A DNA stretch of 64,000 nt from Candidatus Stammera capleta (GTDB lineage Bacteria > Pseudomonadota > Gammaproteobacteria > Enterobacterales > Enterobacteriaceae), in the NCBI GenBank assembly GCA_036689405.1, contig CP144815.1, positions 159,073 to 223,072 of the forward strand, given 5' to 3'. The position numbers were made by a program, and so were the translations under genes. Under the pieces are notes generated by a model. It saw nothing but the letters and a program-made list of their open reading frames with translations. It made no database searches and was not told where the DNA came from. Each line of letters opens with the position of its first letter. Positions within the stretch are counted from its first letter, which is position 1. Positions 55,256 to 64,000 of the stretch are shown here, one piece after another.

Positions 55256-55852
55256 ATGTTAGTTACTTCAAAAGCTCCAAATTTTATAACAAAAGCAATT
55301 GATAAAAATAATAAAATTATCAATTTTGATTTATATAAAAATTCAATAAATAAAAATATATTATTATTTTTTTGACCTTTAGATTTTACTTATATATGTC
55401 CATCAGAAATATTAGCATTAAATAATAGATATAATGAATTTAAAAAAAAAAATACAAAAATATTTGGAATATCTATAGATTCTATATATACACATATGGC
55501 ATGAAAAAATACACCTATTAATAATGGAGGAATAGGATTAATAAAATTTACTATTTTATCAGATATAAATAGAAAAATACAAAAAATATACAAAATAAAA
55601 AATAAAAACTTATATAATTCATTAAGAACAACTTTTATAATAGATAATAATAAAATAATAAGACATGAATCAACTAATGATTTACAAATAGGAAGAAATA
55701 TAGACGAATTATTAAGAATAATAGATGCAATAAATTTTAATAAAGAAACTAAAATGATATGTCCTGCTCAATGAAATAATAAAAAAAAAGGAATTAAAGA
55801 AACACATAAAAGTATTTGTGATTTTTTAAAAAAAAATTATAAAAAAATATAA
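55256..55852 (+). CDS. ahpC: 2-Cys peroxiredoxin (AhpC/Tsa family)
   Basis: LLFFW(TGA)PLDFTYICPSE (peroxidatic Cys), SIDSIYTHMAW(TGA), IGRNIDELLRIIDA, and MICPAQW(TGA) (resolving Cys, VCPANW type). 198 codons, TAA 55850-55852. Confidence 0.9.
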
Positions 55853-55876
55853 TATATATATATAATATAAAATATA

Positions 55877-56044
55877 TTATCTAATTTTAATTTCATTATA
55901 TATGAAATGTTTTTTAAAAATTGGATCATATTTTTTAAGAGAAATTTTTTTTTTTGTATTATTTATATTTTTTGTAGAAGTATAAAAATGCCCACTTCCA
56001 GAAGAAGATAATAATTTTATATTTATTCTTTTTTTTTTTGCCAT
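55877..56044 (-). CDS. rpmG: 50S ribosomal protein L33
   Basis: [55 protein letters not shown] ~ E. coli [55 protein letters not shown]. Confidence 0.95.
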   Translation of the reverse strand: MAKKKRINIKLLSSSGSGHFYTSTKNINNTKKKISLKKYDPIFKKHFIYNEIKIR

Positions 56045-56274
56045 TAAATACCTCTAATATTATTATTAATTAAAATTTTTTCAATTCCAATTTTATTTAT
56101 AATTCTTATAGCTTTACAACTTACTTTTAATTTAATAAATTTATTTTTACTAGATAATCAAAAACGATGATTATGCAAATTAGGTAAAAATTTTTTTTTA
56201 GATTTATTCATAGAATAAGATCTTTTAATTCCAAATAAAGATTTTTTTTTAGTAATAAAACAAAATTTAGACAT
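56044..56274 (-). CDS. rpmB: 50S ribosomal protein L28
   Basis: [39 protein letters not shown](TGA)[13 protein letters not shown] ~ E. coli [52 protein letters not shown]. Its stop overlaps the rpmG ATG by 1 nt (TAATG). Confidence 0.95.
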
Positions 56275-56308
56275 AAAATTAAATTAATTTTAAAAAAAAT
56301 ATAAAAAT

Positions 56309-59300
56309 TTATTTCTTTACTAATTTTATATAATTAGCTAAAAAAATATTTTTATAATTATTATTTTGATATTTTAAATAACCATTAATAATAATAATAT
56401 TATATAAATCTAAAATAGAATAATATTTATTATATATATTTTTAAAAATTAATACATCTATATTATTAGTATTATCATCTAAATTTAATATACAAATACG
56501 ATTATTATTTTTAGTAGATATAAATTTTATATCAGTAATTAAACCAAATATATTAACAAAATTATTAATCTTCATAGATAATACTTTTTTTATATAAATA
56601 AAATTAATTTTATTTTTAATAATATTAATATATTTATTTACAGGATGATCGGTTAAATAAAATCCTAAAGATTCTTTTTCTTTATTTAAAATACTTTTAT
56701 AATTTAAAGATGGTATAGATTTATTAATTTTTCTATACATATAAGAATCTAAAATATCTTTTCTTTTAAATAAAAATAATTGTTTAAAATTTAAATTACT
56801 ATTATAATTTTTTATAATATATAAAATTTTTTTTATATTATCAAATAATATTGATCTATTTATATTAAAAATATCTAAAGAACCAGAAAAAATTAATTTT
56901 TCTAAAACTAATTTAGTTATTTTATTATTATATATTAATCTACAAAAATCAATATAATTTTTAAATAAACCATATTTATTTCTAATATCTATAATATGTT
57001 TTATAGAGCTTTTCCCTATACCTTTAATAGCTCCTAAACCATAAACTATTTCTCTTTTTTTATTAATAAAAAAATAATAAGAACTTAAATTAATATTAGG
57101 AGAAATTACTTTAATATTCATTTTTCTAGCTTCATTAATAACTAAAATTATTTTTTTTATATTACTTATATCAGAATTCATTATAGATATTAAAAATTCA
57201 GAAGTAAAATTAGCCTTTAATCATAAAGTTTGATATGCTAATAAAGCATAAGATACTGAATGAGATTTATTAAAACCATAACTAGCAAAATTTTTCATTA
57301 AAGAAAATATTTTTAAAGAAAAATTTCCATCTATTCCTAAAGAAACAGAACCCTTACGAAATATTTCTTCATGAATTTTCATTTGTTTATGATCTTTTTT
57401 AGTCATAGCTAATCTTAATTCATCAGCTTTTTCTAAACTATAATTAGCTAAAACTTGAGCTATTTTCATTACTTGTTCTTGATATAATATTATTCCATAA
57501 GTATATTTTAATATAGGTATTAATAATTTATGTTGTCAATCTTTATCAGGATAATATATAACTTCTTTACCATTTTTACGATTAATAAAATTATCAACCA
57601 TTCCGGATTGTAATGGACCAGGTCTAAATAAAGCCAACAAAGAAACTATATCATTAAAATTATCTGGATGTAATTTATTTATTAATTTTCTCATTCCATT
57701 AGATTCTAATTGAAAAACACCTATAGTTTCAGATTTTTGTAATAATTTAAAACTTAATTTATCATTTAATGATATTTTATTAATATTAAATTTATTAATT
57801 AAACATTTATTACTATTTATTATATTAATAGTATTACTAATAATAGTTAAAGTTCTTAAACCTAATAAATCAAATTTTACTAAACCAATATATTTTATAT
57901 CCTCTTTATCAAATTGTGTAAATATTTTTTCTGTATTTTTATCATAATATGTAGCACAAAAATTCACTATAGGAGTAGGAGATATAATTATTCCTCCTGC
58001 ATGTTTTCCTATTCCTTTAATAATCCCCTCTAATTTAGAAGAAATATCAATTAAATATTTAATATCTTTATTAGAATTATATAAAACATTAAGTTTATTT
58101 TCTAATATAAATGCTTTTTTAAAAGTTATATTTATATCTAAAGGTATTAATTTAGCTAAATAATCAACAAAACGATATGAATAACCTAATACTCTACCTA
58201 CATCTCTTAAAACAGATTTTGCTGTCATAGTACTAAAAGTTACAATTTGAGCTACAGAATTACAACCATATACATTTTCTAGATGTAAAAATACTTTATC
58301 ACGATTTTTCATACAAAAATCAATATCAAAATCTGGCATTGAAATTTTTTCAATATTTAAAAATCTTTCAAAAATTAAACCAAATTTTATAGGATCAACA
58401 TCAGTTATATATAATAAAAATGCAACTAAAGAACCAGAACCAGAACCTCTACCTGGACCAACATAAACATTATTATCTTTAGATCATTTAACAAATTCCA
58501 TAACTATTAAAAAATAATCAGAAATATTTAATTTAAATATTACATCTAATTCTTTATATATACGTAATAAATATTTATTTTTTAATTTAATATTTTTATC
58601 AAAAAATAATCTTTTATTTAAACCTATAAAAACTTTTTTTTTTAAATAATTATTAGAAGAATATTTTCCTTTATAAGGAAAATTAGGTAATATAATTTTT
58701 TTTTTTTTAATTAAAAAATTACATATATAAGAAATTTTAATAGTATTAAATAAAGAATCTTCAATATTATAAAATAAATCAAACATTTCATCCTGAGATT
58801 TAAAATAATATTGATTTGTATAATCTATTAAAGAAGACACTTTATCTAATGTACAATTATAATATATAGAAGAACGAATTTTACTTATATAAAAATCATT
58901 TTTATTAAAAAATAATATTTTATTTGTACAAACTAAAGATACTTTATTTTTTTTAGAACATAATATTGTATCTTTTAAATATATATTTTGATTTTTATGA
59001 TTTAATTTAAATACATTTAAATATAAATTATCACCAAAAATTTTTTTTAATAAAAATATATGTTTATTAACTTTACTAATATCATAGAAAAAAAATTTTT
59101 TAATATTATAAGAATAATAATTTATAGAATATATTAATATTAAACCATTACAAAATTTACATAACAATTTATAATCAATATATAAAATTTTTAATTTATA
59201 ATAATTTTTATAAGCAATAGAAATTAATTTCATTAAATTATAATATCCTACTTTATTAATTATTAATAAAGTAGAAAAATTAATACTATTAATATCTTTG

Positions 59301-59521
59301 TAATATATACTAACATCAACCCCAAATATAGGTTTTATTCCATAAAATAAAGATTTTTTATAAAATTTAATAATACCAGATAAATTAAAATAATCTGTTA
59401 AAGCTATAGAAGGCATATTAAAATAATATGCTTTTTTTAAAATATCATTTATTTTACATATACTATCTTTTATAGAATAATCACTATGTACATTAAGATG
59501 AATAAATTTAGGAGAAAACAT
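56309..59521 (-). CDS. dnaE: DNA polymerase III alpha subunit (~1070 codons; C-terminal tau-binding tail apparently absent)
   Basis: Four track ORFs are in one frame. [16 protein letters not shown]...[20 protein letters not shown] (PHP domain), [42 protein letters not shown], and an OB-fold [20 protein letters not shown]. The ORF ends about 40 codons after the OB fold. Confidence 0.95.
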
Positions 59522-59536
59522 AAATAAACAATTATT

Positions 59537-60019
59537 TTAATTAATTTTTTTAATTATATTATTTGTTATATCTAAAATATTAGAATTATGATAAATAACT
59601 ACATTAGAATCAATAATTAAATCATATTTATATTTTTTAATTAAAAATAAAATTATATTTTTAATTTTAATTAAAATTTTTTTATATATATAAATATTTT
59701 CTTTATTAAAAAATATTTTTAAATTATTTATTTTATTAAATATTTTTTTTTTTTTTAAATTTATTCTATTATTTAAATATTTAAATTTTTTATTATTATT
59801 TATTATTTTTTCCTGATTTAATAAATTATTTAATTTTATATTTAAACTTAAATATTTTTTATTAATTTTAAAATTCAAATTTTTAATAAATTTCTTATAT
59901 TCAATAGAATTTTTAATTACTTTATTAATATTTAATACAACAATATTAGAATAAGAAAAAACATAATTACTAAAAAATATCAATAAACTTAAAAAAAAAA
60001 TTTTTAATTTTTTTTTCAT
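59537..60019 (-). CDS. skp: Periplasmic chaperone Skp (OmpH)
   Basis: Signal-peptide-like MKKKLKIFFLSLLIFFSNYVFS, a Lys/Asn-rich coiled middle, and the C-terminus YDLIIDSNVVIYHNSNILDITNNIIKKIN ~ E. coli [29 protein letters not shown]. It lies downstream of bamA. ATG 60019 is preferred to the TTG at 60025 used by the track. Confidence 0.85.
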   Translation of the reverse strand: MKKKLKIFFLSLLIFFSNYVFSYSNIVVLNINKVIKNSIEYKKFIKNLNFKINKKYLSLNIKLNNLLNQEKIINNNKKFKYLNNRINLKKKKIFNKINNLKIFFNKENIYIYKKILIKIKNIILFLIKKYKYDLIIDSNVVIYHNSNILDITNNIIKKIN

Positions 60020-60033
60020 ATACAATATACCTT

Positions 60034-62493
60034 TTAATTAAAAATATTACCAATATTAAATTGAAAATAATTTATTTCATTATTATTATTATAATTAATA
60101 GGTAATCCAAATGATAAATTTAAAAGACCTATAGGAGTTATAATATTAAAATAAATCCCAAAAGATGATTTTAAAATATTTTTATAATAATTACTATTAA
60201 ATATAAAATTATTATTAATAACATTCTTAAATATTTTATTTAAATTATTATTTAATATAATACCATTATCTAAAAAAAAAGAAATACGAATAAATTTAGA
60301 ATAATAATTATTTAAAAAATAATTATTTGGAATAATAATATCTAAATTATTAGATAAAATAAAATTTCCTCCTAAATAAGTTTTTGAAAAACATATATTT
60401 TTTTTATTTTTACATTTATAACTTTTAGAATTTATAAATATTTTATTTATATTAATATTTTCATAATTAAAATTACGAATAAAATTTTTATTTTTTCCAA
60501 AATAAAAATATTCATAAAATGGTATTTTTCTATTATTTAAATTTTTAATATACCCTATATTACTATTAATAAATAATATTCATTTTCTATATTTACTTAA
60601 AGAAATATAATTAGAAAAAGAAAAATTTATTTTTAAATAATTATTATATAAATTTAATAAAGTATATTTAATATACAAATTAATATAATATCCAAAATTA
60701 GGAAAAATATTATTATCTAATTTATTAAAAGAAAAATTATTTATTAAAAATAAATTATTTATATAAAAATTATTATTTAAAGAATTTAAATTATATTTTT
60801 TATTTATAGAATTTAAATATTCTATATATAATAATTGAGATTTTATTTTATAAAAAAAATTATTACTATAATTTAAAGATAAATTATATTTAAAATTTTT
60901 ATTAAATAAAAAAATAATACTATTTTTAATAATATAATTAGAATTTAAATATCCATAATTATTAAAATTATTATTTATTAAATTATTAAATAAAAATTCA
61001 TGTTTTATATATATATTATAATTTTTATCTATTGGATAAATAAAAAATGTATTTATAGATTTATTAAATTTAGTTTTTAAAATTTTAACTAAAAATTTAT
61101 TATTATAAAACAAAAAATTTTTTTTAAATAATTTTATATTATAATTTATAATATTTTTATTCCCATAACTTATATTAACATTAAATATATTATCTTTTTT
61201 CTCTAAAACTTTATAAATAATATTTATTTTATTTGATCTATAAATATTTACAAATTTTTCTTTATATTTTATATAAACAAAAAAATCAGTATTTTTTAAA
61301 TCTAAAATTACTTTTTTAATTAAAGAAATATTATATAATTGACCTTTAATTAAAGATATTTTATTTTTTAAAAATTTTTTATTTACTTTAATATTTCCTT
61401 TAAATAAAATTTTATTAATATAAAATTTTTTATTAAAATTAATATTTATAAAAAATATAATATTATACTTATATTTTTTATATTTTATATTTATATTTAA
61501 ATTAGCATAACCTCTCTGTTTAAAAAAAATATTTATACTAGAAATAATATTTTTAATTTTATTATATTTATAATACATATTTATTTTAAAAAACTTTTTT
61601 TTTATTAAATTTAATATTTTATAAAAATTTAAAATATCACTTCTAAATATAATATTATATATTTTATATCTATAACCTTCATTAAATTTAATAAAAATAT
61701 TTAATACATTTTTTTTATAAAATTTAATTTTTATATTTTCTATAAAAAAATCAAAATAACCGTTATTAAAATAATAATATTTTATATTATTTAAATCTTT
61801 TATAAATTTATTATAATAAAAATTATTTTTAAATAAAAAATTAAATATAAAATTAGATTCTTTAATTTTCATTAAAGAAAAAATTTTATTTTTATTAATA
61901 TTAACATTACCAAAAATATTAATTTTATTAATCTTTAAAAAATTACCTTCATTTATAATTATTTTTAATAAAAATTTATTTTTATTTAAATTAATTTTTA
62001 AAATTTTTATATTAATATTATATTTACCTATTTTTTTATATTTATTAATCAAATAAATTTTAAATTTTAAAATATTATAATTATCCAAAAATTTTCCATT
62101 AGAAATATTAAATTTATTTAAAAAATATAATATTTTATAATTATTAAATATTTTATTTCCAATAAAAGATATTTTTTTAATTACAGATTTATATTTTAAT
62201 AAAAACAATAAATTACTATTTTTTAAATAAAAAAATTTAATTTTACTAAAATGATTTAATTTATATAAAAAATATTTAATTTTTATAATATTATTTTTAG
62301 ATATATAATTTCCAAATTTATTTTTTAATATTTTTTTATAATAATAAGAATTGATATTATTATTTTTAATATCTAAAATAATATTATTTATATAATATAA
62401 TTTATCAGCAAAACAATTATAATAAAATAATAATAAAATTAAAAATAAAAAAATTTTTTTAATTTTTAAAAATAAATTATAAAAAAATAACAT
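60034..62493 (-). CDS. bamA: Outer membrane protein assembly factor BamA
   Basis: A 637-codon track ORF continues through TGA 60580-60582 to TAA (tta 60034-60036), ~819 codons in all. It has an N-terminal signal-like segment and POTRA-sized repeats. The C-terminal barrel end reads PFYEYFYFG...YLGGN...RISFFLDNG...SFGIYFNIITPIGLLNLSFGLPI...YFQFNIGNIF (terminal aromatic signature). uppS-bamA-skp synteny is preserved. Confidence 0.88.
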
Positions 62494-62495
62494 TT

Positions 62496-63215
62496 CTAGT
62501 TTTTTCCAAATTTTCTATTTCTTAAAAAAAAATTATTAAGTATATTTTTAAAATTAATACAATTAAAATCAGGTCATAAAATATTTATAAAAAAAAATTC
62601 AGCATATGCAATTTGTCATAATAAAAAGTTACTTATTCTTTTTTCTCCTCCAGTACGTATTAGTAAATCTACTGGAGGTAAATTACCTAAACATAAATTT
62701 TTTTCTATTAAATTTTCACTAATATCTTTAATATCAATAATATTTTTATTATTTTTTTTAATTATTTTTTTTATACAATTTATAATATCTCATTTACCAC
62801 CATAATCTATAGCAATATTTAATTTTAATCCATTATTATTTTTAGTTAAAATTTGTATATTTTCTATATTCTTTTTAAAATTAAAACAAAAATTTTTTTT
62901 ATTACCTATAATATTTACACAAATATTTTTTTCATGTAAATTATACATTAATTTTTTTATAGTTAAAGAAAATAATCTCATTAATTCCGACACTTCTAAA
63001 TCAGATCTAGATCAATTTTCAGTACTAAATGCATATAAAGTTAATATATTTAATTTATTTTTAACAGAAAAATCAATAATTTTTACTAAAGATTGTAAAC
63101 CTTTTTTATGTCCCAAAATACGAGATAAACCTTTTTTAATTGCTCACCTACCATTACCATCCATAATAATAGCAATATGTTTAATACTACTAAAATCATT
63201 ATTATTTTTTAACAT
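62496..63215 (-). CDS. uppS: Undecaprenyl-diphosphate synthase
   Basis: HIAIIMDGNGRW(TGA)AIKKGLSRILGHKKG, LTLYAFSTENW(TGA)SRS, IAIDYGGKW(TGA), DLLIRTGGEKRISNFLLW(TGA)QIAYAEF. Stop is TAG (cta 62496-62498), 2 nt before the bamA ATG. Confidence 0.93.
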
Positions 63216-63225
63216 TTTTCTAAAA

Positions 63226-63783
63226 TTATATATTTAATATATTCTTTTTTTTATTTTTAAATAAAGTAACTAATTTTTCTATATATAAATTAGTTATTTC
63301 TTGTAATAAAAAATTAAATTCATTTATTTCATCTTTATTATTTTTAATAAAAGATTTAAATTTAATTTTAAAATATTTTCTTACATTTCTTATAGAAATT
63401 TTAGATAATTCAAATTCTTTTTTTAATAATTTAATTAAATAAAATCTTTTTTCTTCTGTTAAAGGAGGTATATATATTAATATATCATCATTATCTTCAT
63501 TAATATTTAAATCTAATTTTAAAGATAAAATAGATTTTTTAACAATATTTTTAATACTTTTATCAAATAAACCAATTCTAAAACAATTTTTTCTTTCTAT
63601 AGATATATTTGATAATTTATATAAAAATACTTTTTTATTATAATAATCTATTAATAAATTAGAAATAATATTAGTATCTAAAAAATTAATATTAAATTTA
63701 TTAATTTTTTTTTTAAAATTTATTAAACATAATTCCATTTTTTTTTTTATATGTTTTTTACTTATATTTTCTAAAATACTCAT
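63226..63783 (-). CDS. frr: Ribosome recycling factor
   Basis: Uninterrupted 185-codon ORF. IPPLTEEKRFYLIKLLKKEFELSKISIRNVRK ~ RRF IPPLTEERRKDLVK..AE.A.VAVRNIRR. It lies upstream of uppS as in E. coli (dxr missing). Confidence 0.92.
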   Translation of the reverse strand: MSILENISKKHIKKKMELCLINFKKKINKFNINFLDTNIISNLLIDYYNKKVFLYKLSNISIERKNCFRIGLFDKSIKNIVKKSILSLKLDLNINEDNDDILIYIPPLTEEKRFYLIKLLKKEFELSKISIRNVRKYFKIKFKSFIKNNKDEINEFNFLLQEITNLYIEKLVTLFKNKKKNILNI

Positions 63784-63814
63784 ATAAAATTATTATACCT
63801 TATTATAAAATATA

Positions 63815-64000
63815 TTAATCATCTAAAAAACTTTTTAATAAACAAGATCTACTAGGATGACGTAATTTACGTAAAGCTTTAGATTCTATTTGTCTTATTC
63901 TTTCTCTAGTAACATCAAATTGTTTGCCAACTTCTTCTAATGTATGATCACTATTCATATCTATACCAAAACGCATTTTTAAAACTTTAGCTTCTCTTGG
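63815..64000 (-). CDS. rpoD: RNA polymerase sigma-70 factor, C-terminal ~61 codons (5' part beyond window)
   Basis: The reverse translation [61 protein letters not shown] is almost identical to E. coli RpoD region 4 and C-terminus (...RSFLDD). Confidence 0.93.
   Translation of the reverse strand, partial: PREAKVLKMRFGIDMNSDHTLEEVGKQFDVTRERIRQIESKALRKLRHPSRSCLLKSFLDD

Noticed and set aside
60020-60025. The track start of skp two codons upstream (displayed as MYM...).
   Set aside because: That 'M' is a TTG. The ATG at 60019 gives a canonical MKKK-hydrophobic signal peptide. The difference is immaterial to the call.

Overview
This is an extremely AT-rich, very gene-dense stretch (roughly 10-15% G+C by eye, not computed). 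It looks like the genome of a highly reduced Gram-negative obligate symbiont, with gene order that follows collapsed E. coli (Enterobacterales-like) operons. The supplied standard-code ORF track fragments almost every gene. Re-reading with TGA=Trp (translation table 4) joins the fragments, each in a single frame, into 55 protein genes plus 4 tRNAs. Nearly all are housekeeping genes for translation, transcription and replication/repair, with a few envelope genes. The recognisable blocks are leuS-holA, recC-recB-recD, thrS-infC-rpmI-rplT-pheS-pheT, rpsB-tsf, lepA-lepB-rnc-era, secE-nusG-rplKAJL-rpoBC, miaB-ybeZ-ybeY next to a Leu-Gln-Met tRNA cluster, holB-ycfH, rpmB-rpmG and frr-uppS-bamA-skp-dnaE. 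I found no mobile elements, CRISPR array, prophage or defence-island-like accessory content, and I cannot honestly point to a novel multi-gene system. The observations worth a second look are listed below.
- UGA is recoded to Trp in a gammaproteobacterial-type genome.
- infC has its frame broken inside an A15 tract.
- thrS lacks the whole N-terminal editing region.
- A fully intact 8.6 kb recBCD block is retained.
- A 225-codon orphan ORF sits between glnS and map.
- Many Lys-coding poly(A) tracts of 13-19 nt are present.
- Genes overlap pervasively, including convergent overlaps that leave no room for terminators.
- The tRNA genes do not encode CCA, and rnz is retained nearby.
All product calls rest on my own recognition of motifs and remembered E. 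coli orthologues. No database search or computation was run. Start codons are less certain than stops.
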